Positions 9,630 through 19,566 of a DNA stretch of 64,000 nucleotides are shown in pieces (positions within the stretch are counted from its first letter, which is position 1; the number at the start of each line of letters is the position of its first letter). The notes below the pieces were generated by a model. It was not told the origin of the DNA, ran no database searches, and was given only the letters and a program-made list of their open reading frames with translations. A program made the translations under genes and the position numbers. This DNA is from Cyanobacteriota bacterium (GTDB lineage Bacteria; Cyanobacteriota; Cyanobacteriia; Thermostichales; Thermostichaceae), in assembly GCA_033764955.1 (NCBI GenBank), contig JANRIL010000041.1:1-64000 (forward strand), in the 5' to 3' direction.

Positions 9630-12437
9630 TCATCCCCATCGTTCCGGATCCCCTGGCCAGAGAGGAGAAAGCACCAAACGGGAGGCTTGGTCATTGAGTA
9701 AGGCGGTGGCGGCTTCGCCAGAGACGGGGCGGGAGAAAAGATAGCCCTGCCCAAACTTGCATTTCAACTCTTGCAGATGGTTCATTTGTTGGGGGGTTTC
9801 CACCCCTTCTGCTACCACATCCATCCCCAAACTGTGGGCAAGGGCAATGATCCCCTGCACGACAGCCACATGCTCGCCATTCCGCCCAATCCGGCTGATG
9901 AAGGAACGATCAATTTTTAGGGTGTCAATCGGGAAGGCGTGTAGCCGACTCAAGGAAGAATAGCCCGTACCAAAATCGTCGATACTTAAACAAATCCCCA
10001 ATTCACGGATTTGCCACAGCAGGGTAGCCACCACCTGATGATCTTGAGTAATCAGGCTTTCGGTAATTTCAAACTTCAGCCAATGGGGGGAGACTCCACC
10101 CAAAAGATCCGTCAAAAATGGCCAAAAATCCGGCTGAGAAAACTGTTGTCCCGACAGATTGACGTTAATCGTCAGGTTAAATAGCGAGGAAAACGTCGCC
10201 TGCCACGCTTGGATTTGCTGCTGGGCTTGCTGCAATACCCAGCGATCAATCTCTACGATCAAGCCCGTTTCTTCGGCAATCGGCAGAAACACCCCCGGAC
10301 TGATCAGCCCTTGGGTAGGGTGTTGCCAGCGCACCAAGCCTTCAAAGCCAATAATCTCCTGGGTGGCCATCAAAATAATCGGCTGATAGAACAGCCGTAG
10401 CTCGTGCCGTTCCATCCCCAGCCGCAGATCCGCTTCTATCTGCAACCGTTGCATCGCCAGTTGGTGCATCTGTTGATCAAAGACCGCATAGGATCCCTTC
10501 CCTTGCGCTTTGGCGCGATACATGGCGGTATCCGCATCCCGCAACAGGGCGATTGCCGCCTGAATAGCCCCTTGAGTCACCTGGGATCCCTGGAGTAGGG
10601 CAATCCCGATACTGGCGGTGGTGTGCCCAACCCGCCCGTCCAGATGAATGGGCTGCTTGAGGGTCTCCAAAATATGGCTGGCCTTCTGGTGAGCCGTCAG
10701 GGGATCGATCAAATCCTTCAACAAAACCACAAACTCGTCTCCCCCAAATCGCCCCACCAAATCGTGGGCAGACAGACAGCCTCTCAACTGTTTTGCCACC
10801 TTTTGCAGTAATAAATCCCCTACCGCATGTCCCAAGCTATCGTTGATCACCTTAAAACTGTCCAGATCCACAAATAGCACCGCCACATAATGCTGGAGGG
10901 CAAGATCGGCCAGTGCGGCTTCCAGTTGAGCCAGAAAATGGGCGCGGTTCGGTAGTTGGGTTAGGCTGTCATGCAGCGCGTGGTAGCGCAGATCCGCCTC
11001 AGCATTCTTGCGATCGGTAATGTCATGGGCAACAAAACACCATACCTGTCGTCGCCCGTAAGTGATTTGACTGACGCTAACTTCGATATCAATGCGTGTG
11101 CCGTCCTGTCTGCGATATTGCAGCTCGTGGCGGGGCAGGGATCCCTTTTCCCGGAGAGATGCCCAGTAGGAGGCTAGCCCCCCCTCATCCTCGATCATCA
11201 GATCCCCCAGTGTCAGGCTGCTGATCTGCTGGCTGTTATAGCCCAATAGTCGCTCAAAGGCTGGATTAGCCTGCGCCAAACGCTGCGTGGTGGCATCCAC
11301 CAAAAAAATAGATTCCAGGGCTTGCTCAATCACACTGCGATAGCGTTGCTCACTTTCAAGTTGCCGTTTTTGAAAATAGAGAAAAGCCGCCATCACCTCA
11401 TTGATGGTTTCGGAAAGGCTGGACAACTCATCGTTGCCACTCAAGGTCAGGGGCGTCGAAAAATCCCCCGTTGCCCCAATCTGACGAAATCCCTGACTGA
11501 GACGGCTGATCCGCGATAAAAGCCAGCGATCCAAAAAGATATAGGTGATAGCTCCTGACAAAACCACCACCAACAGCAGGGATCCCCCCAAATAATAAGA
11601 GAACATTTGCCCCTGCTGGTGGATGAAGCGCTCCCCGGTTACCCGCAGCAGCAAATTAGCATCCCCATAAATATCGGACAGCAGGGCATAACCCGCGATA
11701 GCCTCTCCATTCAGGGGCTGTACCTTAGGGGGATCCCCTTTGCGAAGTTGCTGCACCACCCCTTGCACATCGGCAGGTAGGTTTGCCGCCTGGCCGAGAT
11801 CCAAGCTATAGAGATCCATCTGCAAGTCTGTGCCCACCGACAATGCCGCCGAGAGATCCACTAGAACCTTCTCATCCAGATAACGCCCAAAAACCAGGGA
11901 TCCCTGGATCGGCCCTAACCCTTCACTGGTCACAATCGGACGGGAGGAGATCGCCAACAACCCTTCCGGTACAGCCAAAATCCCTTTTCGCACATGTGCG
12001 AGATCTGGATGATCCAGCAGGCGATCCGGTGTCAGGTGAAGGGCAAGACTGATGGGAGCATCGGTTTTGCGTAGCAATTCTGGCTCTAGGGCAATGCCAA
12101 ACATCTGTTGATGATCGGCATTGAAATAAAAGAGCAGATTTAGCTCAAGGCGGGTGAGGGTCAAAAGATTGAGGTTAGCGGTTATGAATTCTAAATTGCC
12201 ATCTTGAGCAAACTGATAGGAATCATCAATGGCCGCCCAATCTTGAGCCACAAAATCAATCTGGTTGATTTCGTTGAGCAGTCTATTGACGGCACTTTCG
12301 GTATATCTTTGGGTGTTTTGAATTTCTAAATTTTGGAAATGGCGCAATAAGGTGGTGTGGAGCGTTGAATAAACAATGGATCCCAACCCCACAAAAGTTA
12401 GCCCAATCGCTAACGCCATCTTTCTCCGCAAGGTCAC
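9630..12437 (-). CDS. Membrane diguanylate cyclase/phosphodiesterase (CHASE4-HAMP-PAS-GGDEF-EAL)
   Basis: Two TM segments flanking a CHASE4-like domain (DWAAIDDSYQF, GSLVFGRYLD), HAMP (DELSSL), PAS, intact GGDEF, EAL-type EGLVRW and DDFGTGYSSL. Confidence 0.93.
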   Translation of the reverse strand: MTLRRKMALAIGLTFVGLGSIVYSTLHTTLLRHFQNLEIQNTQRYTESAVNRLLNEINQIDFVAQDWAAIDDSYQFAQDGNLEFITANLNLLTLTRLELNLLFYFNADHQQMFGIALEPELLRKTDAPISLALHLTPDRLLDHPDLAHVRKGILAVPEGLLAISSRPIVTSEGLGPIQGSLVFGRYLDEKVLVDLSAALSVGTDLQMDLYSLDLGQAANLPADVQGVVQQLRKGDPPKVQPLNGEAIAGYALLSDIYGDANLLLRVTGERFIHQQGQMFSYYLGGSLLLVVVLSGAITYIFLDRWLLSRISRLSQGFRQIGATGDFSTPLTLSGNDELSSLSETINEVMAAFLYFQKRQLESEQRYRSVIEQALESIFLVDATTQRLAQANPAFERLLGYNSQQISSLTLGDLMIEDEGGLASYWASLREKGSLPRHELQYRRQDGTRIDIEVSVSQITYGRRQVWCFVAHDITDRKNAEADLRYHALHDSLTQLPNRAHFLAQLEAALADLALQHYVAVLFVDLDSFKVINDSLGHAVGDLLLQKVAKQLRGCLSAHDLVGRFGGDEFVVLLKDLIDPLTAHQKASHILETLKQPIHLDGRVGHTTASIGIALLQGSQVTQGAIQAAIALLRDADTAMYRAKAQGKGSYAVFDQQMHQLAMQRLQIEADLRLGMERHELRLFYQPIILMATQEIIGFEGLVRWQHPTQGLISPGVFLPIAEETGLIVEIDRWVLQQAQQQIQAWQATFSSLFNLTINVNLSGQQFSQPDFWPFLTDLLGGVSPHWLKFEITESLITQDHQVVATLLWQIRELGICLSIDDFGTGYSSLSRLHAFPIDTLKIDRSFISRIGRNGEHVAVVQGIIALAHSLGMDVVAEGVETPQQMNHLQELKCKFGQGYLFSRPVSGEAATALLNDQASRLVLSPLWPGDPERWG

Positions 12438-13199
12438 AACTGCTCTCCTCTGGCCATCTGTCCTTTAGGTTGCTAATCACCTCAACGATGTCTTACCCAG
12501 ATCAGGGTGGTGGATTAAGCTCTCCCCTTTGCTGATGCCGCTATCTGAAGCGCTTTTACTTCCTCAGACTCAATAGGGAATTACCCAAAAGCAGCCAACG
12601 ACTTAATAGAACTATCTGAATTGGGCATGGCTATTAAACCAGATCCATCCATAAAGCTGGCATGGATAATATCAACCCCAAAGGGGGGGGAGTCACCGTC
12701 AGCCTGACCTTTTTCTTCCTACTTTCCTCAACTGCCTCTATCATGCCTGGAAGCAAAGCATCTGATGTTATGAAATCGTTAAGAAGCCATGATCAGGAGC
12801 AAGGATCCAGCAACGATCTTCCAGGTCTGAGAGGTCTCCTGAATCGAAAGCTACTCACCTTTTCGGATTCTCTTCATCAAGAATATCGGGCAATTCTTCA
12901 GTCGGGATCCCTTCCTCAGGTTAACTTTATCGCTGGCATCAGAGGCGTTGAGAGCCAGTCACTAGGGATACCGGTGCAACCTCACCAGAGATACAGCAGT
13001 CCTAATCACCCTATTGAAAAACTCCACCATCACAGAAATCGAGTGAGAGGTTTTCTCTTCTCCTTTCGATGCCGTTCATGGCAGAAGAAGATGTAACGCC
13101 ATATACAAATCCAAAGTAGATGGGACTTCTCAGTCTGATAAAAGTAATACTTGAGCCACAAGACACTACTCACTTATTTCAGAAGTTTTTTAGGTTTAG

Positions 13200-13518
13200 G
13201 TGTAGGGTTATTATCGTTCATTAAGCCAGATAAAAAACCCTTCACAGATCCGAGTTTTCTGAGGATGGTTACCCGCAAGGCTTAGTGGTGGGTGAAGATA
13301 GTTTTGTGATTACAGATTCTGGCAAGTTAGTTATGATTAGTCCCGATTGGATCCAAACTGACATCACCCACAATAATCCCCATCCTTCTGATGGACTTCC
13401 TGAATTTATTAGCCAATATGACAAAGACTATGTAGTAACAACAGATTCTGGATCCCTTTATCGAGTCAATCCTGCGGGAGTAGTTACCCGAATTTTGGAT
13501 GGAGAACGTAGCGGCTAA
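13200..13518 (+). pseudogene. Degraded beta-propeller-repeat (NHL/Vgb-like) gene fragment
   Basis: Repeating units GYPQGLVVGEDSFVITDSGKLVMISPD and GLPEFISQYDKDYVVTTDSGSLYRVNPAG, with a third unit end (GLLSFIKPD) in another frame upstream; AT-rich surroundings with many stops. Confidence 0.4.
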
Positions 13519-13699
13519 CTGCTTGCCTCCTACACCGAAGCCAACCCCCACCCCTGAGGGTTTCCCTCCTAATCTCAGGGATCCATTTTCCTTAGAGCAA
13601 CATCTGCTATCTCACGTTGACAAGCTGGCAAGGCAACTTCTTGAGATTCCTCTACTTTGTGGGTGCTCGCTCCTCCCTCCAATCAAAGAGCAACAGAAC

Positions 13700-14608
13700 C
13701 TAATCTTGAGTCAGCACAATTGCTGTAGGGGTGGTATGGGTAGCCCAAAATTCAAACTCAGGATGGGTACGGCTCAACCGTTCCTGCATGGCTAGGGCAT
13801 CACTATCTGTCAGCATCAGGCCAAACACAGCAGAACCGGATCCCGACATCAAAACCCCTAACGCTCCTGCCTGAAGAAGCACCTCTTTCAGGTAGCCCAC
13901 CACCGGATGATGGGGTAAAACGGCTCGTTCCAGATCGTTAGCCAGATGCTCGACCAGATCCGAAACCGTTGTAGTTTGACCAATCGTCAGCAATAAATTC
14001 TGCAAACGGGAGGCTGGGCGAGACTGGTCAACATGCCCATAGTCAAGCTGGCGATAGGTCTGATAAGCCCAAACAGTGGGAATAGAGAGTTCTTTTGGTT
14101 TGGCCAAAATCAGCGGAAGTAAGGGCAGATCCGCCAGAGGTTCCAGAATTTCTCCGCGTCCGGTCGCCAGTTGGGTTCCACCCGTGATGCAAAAAGGCAC
14201 ATCGGATCCAAGACGGGATCCCAAAATTTGCAGATCCGCCACCGTCAGCCCCAGTTCCCAGAGTTGGTTAAGTCCCACCAACACCGCCGCCGCATCCGTA
14301 GAACCACCCGCTAGACCCGCCCCCACCGGGATCCGCTTGTGCAGGATGATCTCGACACCGCGACCACCCGCACATTCTTCTTGAAGGAGGGCTGCCGCAC
14401 GATAGGCCAAATTGGTGGCATCCTGAGGGACTTGGGGATGATCTGAGCGCAGGTAAATGCCTTTGGAGAGGGCACGTAAATGCAGATGATCGGCAAGGGC
14501 AATACTCTGAAGCACCATTGCCACCTCATGGAAACCATCGGGCCGTTGTCCCAAAATCTCCAGATAAATGTTGATCTTGGCTCGTGCTTCCAAAAAACAG
14601 CTTTGCAT
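13700..14608 (-). CDS. ispE: 4-diphosphocytidyl-2-C-methyl-D-erythritol kinase
   Basis: AKINIYLEI..RPDGFHE, KRIPVGAGLAGGSTDAAA, LGSDVPFC, NDLE, MSGSGS; ATG at 14608. Confidence 0.96.
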   Translation of the reverse strand: MQSCFLEARAKINIYLEILGQRPDGFHEVAMVLQSIALADHLHLRALSKGIYLRSDHPQVPQDATNLAYRAAALLQEECAGGRGVEIILHKRIPVGAGLAGGSTDAAAVLVGLNQLWELGLTVADLQILGSRLGSDVPFCITGGTQLATGRGEILEPLADLPLLPLILAKPKELSIPTVWAYQTYRQLDYGHVDQSRPASRLQNLLLTIGQTTTVSDLVEHLANDLERAVLPHHPVVGYLKEVLLQAGALGVLMSGSGSAVFGLMLTDSDALAMQERLSRTHPEFEFWATHTTPTAIVLTQD

Positions 14609-14762
14609 GATGAACAACTCAGATGAAACACTAAACTGAAAACCGTAACCGAGACACCATCGATAAAAACCTGCGGCTATCCCGAACGGGCAAATTCCCA
14701 TATTTCTGATAGCTCTGTCTCCATTAAGATCTTAGTGCGAACCCTCACCCTGAGACCTGCCG

Positions 14763-15245
14763 ATGCCCCCCTTGGAAACTCTCCACCAATTGATTACCAG
14801 TGAAAGTGTGGCTAGCTTGGCAGTTTTACAGGAGGGATCCCCCTTGGTGACGCTAGTTCCCTACGTGGTGCTCTGGGATCCCTTACGAATCTATCTGTTG
14901 ATTAGCGATCTCTCCCCGCATACCGCCGCTCTGCGAACCGATGATCGCTGCAGCCTGCTGATCCATGAGCCGCCACAGATGGGGGATCCCCGCAGCAACC
15001 ATGCTCTAGCTCGTACCACGCTACAAGGTCGTGCTAGCTTTTTGGTTCGCCGAGAAGCGGTTGATCTGGGGGTCGAAGCCCTTTATCGGCAAAAATATGA
15101 AATTGCTGACATGATTTTAGGGTTAGCGGATTTTCATTTTTGTCAAATTACTCCCACTACGGGCACATTCATTCAAGGATTTGGCAAGGCTTTTCAATTG
15201 CAAGGATCCAACTTAGATCAGTTGCAGCATTTAACAGGCCGTTAG
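14763..15245 (+). CDS. HugZ / pyridoxamine-5'-phosphate-oxidase-like split-barrel protein
   Basis: LLISDLSPHT..L, ARTTLQG, LADFHF, FIQGFGKAF. Confidence 0.85.
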   Translation: MPPLETLHQLITSESVASLAVLQEGSPLVTLVPYVVLWDPLRIYLLISDLSPHTAALRTDDRCSLLIHEPPQMGDPRSNHALARTTLQGRASFLVRREAVDLGVEALYRQKYEIADMILGLADFHFCQITPTTGTFIQGFGKAFQLQGSNLDQLQHLTGR

Positions 15246-15249
15246 TTGG

Positions 15250-15478
15250 TTGGTGAGGGTCATGCTTCAGCCTGATATTGGGAATCAAATTGTTGTCAAG
15301 ATAGCCTACTCTTTGATGGAGCAAATAACTTTTCCAGATCTGAAAAATTGGGAAGACAGCGAAGACAAGATCCGAGATGCTGATACGGCTGCTGAGAGGC
15401 TCAAAGCCTTGCATAAAAAGCAACAAGAAGAAATTGAGCAACAGATATCTAAAGAAGCACAAGTGTTCCGAGTTTTTA
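15250..15478 (+). pseudogene. Internal fragment of a foreign gene (resembles the N-terminal part of a restriction-endonuclease-like protein), cassette remnant
   Basis: AT-rich; SLMEQITFPDLKNWEDSEDKI..A..A...LK....KQ recalls Mrr-type endonuclease N-termini (from memory, unverified); runs directly into an attC-like site. Confidence 0.4.
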
Positions 15479-15563
15479 CACACTCTTGCGTTGGTGCGGA
15501 CTGATGGGAAATGTTGGTGCCGATGCAAAGGTTACTGGCAGCCGCTCAGCCGGAACGTTATCG
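15477..15563 (+). mobile_element. Degenerate solo attC site
   Basis: GTTGGTGCGGACTGATGGG...TTGGTG...AAAGGTTACTGGCAGCCGCTCAGCCGGAACGTTATC aligns along its length with the attC at 1135-1221 (GTTGCAGCGGACTAGAAGGG...TCGGTG...GAAGGTCATTGGTAGCCGCTGAACAGCAGCGTTATC). The R'' AAC appears mutated to CAC. Confidence 0.72.
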
Positions 15564-15670
15564 AATTGATCACAGACCCCAGACATCCCCCGCCTGCGCA
15601 CCTTCACTCAACCCTCTCCACGCAGAATACATCCACTAAGATGTAGACTACCCGTTTGGGAATAACTGCC

Positions 15671-17299
15671 ATGTCTAGCCCTGCTTTTTCTGGCTCTTCC
15701 CCTGGGTGGGGTGGGGGATCCCCTTTGACGGAGGCTCAACAGGCGCAGGTGGACTTTTGGTTAACCACCCTTTCCCCCGCCGAAAAATTGGGGCAACTGT
15801 TCATGGTCTATTTTGAGGGATCCACCCTCTCTGCCCAGCTCCGCCAGATGATCAACGAATGGCATGTGGGGGGAGTCATCCTCTACCACATCACGGGCAA
15901 TATCGAATCTCCCGCCCAAGTGGCTGGGTTAGTCCAATCTATTCAGGCAGAAGCCCGTTTACCTTTGTGGGTGAGCATCGATCAAGAGGGCGGAGCCGTG
16001 GTGCGCCTGCGGGAAGGAGTGACTGTTTTCCCTTCCCAAATGGCGGTGGCCGCTACCGGATCCCTAGATTTTGCCCGCCAGATGGCGCAGGGGATCGGGC
16101 AAGAGTTGCGGGCTATGGGCATCACCATGAATTTTTCTCCTGTTCTGGATGTGAATAGCAACCCCGACAACCCGATCATCGGCACCCGCGCCTTTGGATC
16201 CCGTCCAGAACAGGTCGCGGCCTTTGGTCTAGCGATGGTCGAGGGCTATCGGCAAGCAGGGGTGGTCGGCACGGTCAAACATTTCCCTGGGCATGGGGAT
16301 ACCGATATCGATTCTCACTTAGGGCTACCGACGGTTCTGCATCCCCTCGATCATCTGGAACAAGTGGAGCTTTACCCGTTTCGAGAGGCCATTCAGGCGG
16401 GCTGTGAGGCGATGATGACGGCTCATGTTTTAGTGCCCGCCCTCGATCCGACCAGACCAGCGACTCTCTCACCTGTGGTGATGCAAACTCTGCTGCGGGA
16501 GAAGCTAGGGTTTGGCGGTGTGTTAATTACCGATTCGTTGACGATGGGGGCATTGGATTCCCACTATAGAGTAGCTGAAGCGGCGGAGCAGGCTTTGCTA
16601 GCGGGAGCCGATATATTGCTGTTTGGAGCCGATGTCGGGCACACCCCCGCTGAGGCCGGAGTCGCCTATCACCATCTTCTGAGCTTAGTGGAGTCAGGCC
16701 AGATCAGTGGGCAACGGCTGGATCAGTCCTTGACACGTATTCTCAGCCTAAAAGCGGCCTATGGTCTCCTCCCCTCCACCCCCGTCCCCCACCCCCTCGA
16801 CTGTTTGGCATCCCCCACTCAGCAAAACCTAGCTCGCCAGATTGCCCAAGCCAGCATCACGCTAGTCCGGGATCCCCAACAGAAACTTCCCATACAAGCA
16901 GAAAAATCCCTGCTAGTGATTTGGCCTCGCTCTGCTGGCAACTTGGGATCTGCCCTACAAGCCCACCATCCCCAGGCACAGACACTCCCGCTTGCCCTCA
17001 ATCCTTCTCAGGCCGATATCCTCCAGGTACAGCAGTTGGCAGCCACCGTGGATCAAGTGGTGGTGGGATCCCTTCAGGTGGCGCGCTATCCCCAACAACG
17101 CCAGATGATCCAGGCTTTGCCCCCCGACAAGCTGGTAGTGGTGGCGTTGGGATCCCCCTACGATCTGAACGGGTTGCCTGATATCGATACCTATCTGGTG
17201 GGCTATGGCGACGGGGAAGCCACCGTAGCCGCCTTGGCAGAGGTTCTCATGGGCAAGCGAGCAGCCAGCGGTCAATTGCCCATTGAGTTGGAAGGGTAA
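15671..17299 (+). CDS. nagZ: GH3 beta-N-acetylhexosaminidase
   Basis: SIDQEGG.V.R, NFSPVLDV, KHFPGHGDTDIDSH, MMTAHV, ITDSLTM. Confidence 0.93.
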   Translation: MSSPAFSGSSPGWGGGSPLTEAQQAQVDFWLTTLSPAEKLGQLFMVYFEGSTLSAQLRQMINEWHVGGVILYHITGNIESPAQVAGLVQSIQAEARLPLWVSIDQEGGAVVRLREGVTVFPSQMAVAATGSLDFARQMAQGIGQELRAMGITMNFSPVLDVNSNPDNPIIGTRAFGSRPEQVAAFGLAMVEGYRQAGVVGTVKHFPGHGDTDIDSHLGLPTVLHPLDHLEQVELYPFREAIQAGCEAMMTAHVLVPALDPTRPATLSPVVMQTLLREKLGFGGVLITDSLTMGALDSHYRVAEAAEQALLAGADILLFGADVGHTPAEAGVAYHHLLSLVESGQISGQRLDQSLTRILSLKAAYGLLPSTPVPHPLDCLASPTQQNLARQIAQASITLVRDPQQKLPIQAEKSLLVIWPRSAGNLGSALQAHHPQAQTLPLALNPSQADILQVQQLAATVDQVVVGSLQVARYPQQRQMIQALPPDKLVVVALGSPYDLNGLPDIDTYLVGYGDGEATVAALAEVLMGKRAASGQLPIELEG

Positions 17300-17415
17300 G
17301 GAAGAATCAATAAGGGATCGCGGTGCCGCCTTTTTCCACCAGCCAATAGCTTGGGACTGGTTGACCCCAGACTGAAACGACACAATAGGAAAGTCAAGAC
17401 AGCCCCGATCCTCCC

Positions 17416-19500
17416 ATGAGTGACTTTCAGATTCATTCTCCCTATCGACCCACTGGCGATCAACCGCAAGCTATTGCTGGATTGGTGAATTTTCTGCGGC
17501 AGGGGCATCGTTTTCAAACCCTCTTAGGAGCTACCGGAACCGGAAAAACCTATACCATCGCTAATGTCATCGCAGAAATGGGTAAACCGACTTTAATCAT
17601 GGCTCCCAATAAAACATTGGCTGCCCAACTATGCAATGAAATTCGTGAGTTATTTCCCAACAATGCTGTGGAATATTTTATTAGTTACTACGACTATTAT
17701 CAGCCAGAAGCCTACGTCCCTTCTACCGACACCTATATTGCCAAATCCTCTTCGATTAACGATGAAATTGATATGCTGCGTCATTCCGCCACCCGCTCTT
17801 TATTTGAACGGCGAGATGTGATTGTTGTTGCTTCCGTTAGTTGCATTTATGGCTTGGGAATGCCCGATGAATACCTGAAAGCCTCAATTCCCTTCCAGGT
17901 TGGGCAAACCCTCAATCAGCGAGATTTATTACGAGATTTGGCGACCGTTCAATACGAGCGAAATGATTTGGAGTTGGTGAGGGGGCGGTTTCGCCTCAAA
18001 GGGGATGTCCTAGAGATTGTGCCCGCCTATGAAGATCGAGTGATCCGCATAGAATTTTTTGGAGATGAGATTGATGCGGTTCGCCTCATTGATCCCATCA
18101 CCGGAGAAATCTTACAAAGTCTCAGCTCCCTACGTCTTTATCCAGCTCGTCACTTTGTTACTCCGCAAGAACATCTCGAAAAAGCTCTTATTGCTATTGA
18201 ATTAGAGCTTAAAGAACAACTAGAACTTTTTGAGAAATCCGGCAAATTGTTGGAGGCTCAACGGCTAGAGCAGCGAACCCTCTATGATCTAGAAATGTTG
18301 CGGGAAGTTGGCTATTGCAATGGAGTTGAAAATTATTCCCGCCATCTCACCGGACGACAAGCAGGGGATCCCCCCTCCTGTTTGATTGACTATTTTAAGG
18401 CGAATGATTGGCTATTAGTACTGGATGAATCCCATGTGACAGTTCCGCAAATTCGTGGCATGTATAACGGAGATCGCTCTCGCAAACAGGTGTTAGTCGA
18501 TCACGGATTCCGCCTGCCCAGTGCGGTTGATAATCGCCCCCTCAAAGCCGAAGAGTTTTGGGAGAAGGTGGATCAAACTATTTTTGTTTCTGCCACACCA
18601 GGAGACTGGGAATTAGAACAATCGGGCGCTCAATTTAAGCTAAAAACCCAAGAAAAAGGTGAGATCAAAGTTTATCTCTCTGGAACAGGAAATGTAGTAG
18701 AACAGGTGATTCGTCCCACCGGTGTGGTGGATCCTGAAGTGGAGGTGCGACCGACATCTGGACAAGTGGATGATTTGCTCAGTGAAATTTATGAACGACT
18801 GGAGCGATCCAAAAGTGGAATAGCTGAACGGGTGATCATTACTACCCTTACGAAACGAATGGCCGAAGATCTCACGGAATATTTACAGGAGCGCGGCATT
18901 CGGGTTCGCTATTTACACTCTGAGATTACTTCTATTGAACGGATCGAGATTCTCCAAGATTTTCGAGAGGGATCCTTTGATGTGTTGGTAGGAGTCAATC
19001 TCTTGCGAGAGGGGCTGGATCTGCCGGAAGTTTCACTCGTCGCTATTTTAGATGCTGACAAAGAAGGATTTTTACGAGCGGATCGTTCTCTTATTCAGAT
19101 TATTGGTCGGGCAGCTCGCAATGTCAGAGGAAAAGTCATCATGTATGCCGATCAATTAACAGGCAGTATGGAGCGAGCCATCGCGGAAACAGAACGTAGG
19201 CGAGAAATTCAAAAAGCCTACAATCAAAAATATGGTATTACTCCCACCGCAATCATTAAAAAATCGAGCAATGCCATTTTATCGTTTTTAGCTATCTCTC
19301 GTAAGCTAAATGATCAAGAGCTAGAAACGGCCTACCAGCAATCGGATGAGATTCCCCTTTCTGACATTCCCGAACTGATTACCCAACTGGAACAAAAGAT
19401 GAAAAAAGCTGCCGCCGAGCTAGAGTTTGAAACCGCCGCTGATCTGCGAGATAAAATTAAGAAATTACGACAGCGACTCTTGGGAAGCCGCCCCCAATAA
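17416..19500 (+). CDS. uvrB: Excinuclease ABC subunit B
   Basis: [39 protein letters not shown]-terminal UVR domain. Confidence 0.98.
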   Translation: MSDFQIHSPYRPTGDQPQAIAGLVNFLRQGHRFQTLLGATGTGKTYTIANVIAEMGKPTLIMAPNKTLAAQLCNEIRELFPNNAVEYFISYYDYYQPEAYVPSTDTYIAKSSSINDEIDMLRHSATRSLFERRDVIVVASVSCIYGLGMPDEYLKASIPFQVGQTLNQRDLLRDLATVQYERNDLELVRGRFRLKGDVLEIVPAYEDRVIRIEFFGDEIDAVRLIDPITGEILQSLSSLRLYPARHFVTPQEHLEKALIAIELELKEQLELFEKSGKLLEAQRLEQRTLYDLEMLREVGYCNGVENYSRHLTGRQAGDPPSCLIDYFKANDWLLVLDESHVTVPQIRGMYNGDRSRKQVLVDHGFRLPSAVDNRPLKAEEFWEKVDQTIFVSATPGDWELEQSGAQFKLKTQEKGEIKVYLSGTGNVVEQVIRPTGVVDPEVEVRPTSGQVDDLLSEIYERLERSKSGIAERVIITTLTKRMAEDLTEYLQERGIRVRYLHSEITSIERIEILQDFREGSFDVLVGVNLLREGLDLPEVSLVAILDADKEGFLRADRSLIQIIGRAARNVRGKVIMYADQLTGSMERAIAETERRREIQKAYNQKYGITPTAIIKKSSNAILSFLAISRKLNDQELETAYQQSDEIPLSDIPELITQLEQKMKKAAAELEFETAADLRDKIKKLRQRLLGSRPQ

Positions 19501-19566
19501 ACAAAGATTACCCAAATTTGGGTGCGAGTTTCAACCACGCCACCTAGGGATGCTTCCTTTCTGTGG

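Noticed and set aside
18600..18700. Short insertion in UvrB ([23 protein letters not shown]) as an intein
   Set aside because: Only about 20 aa with no intein splice motifs; more likely a lineage-specific loop.
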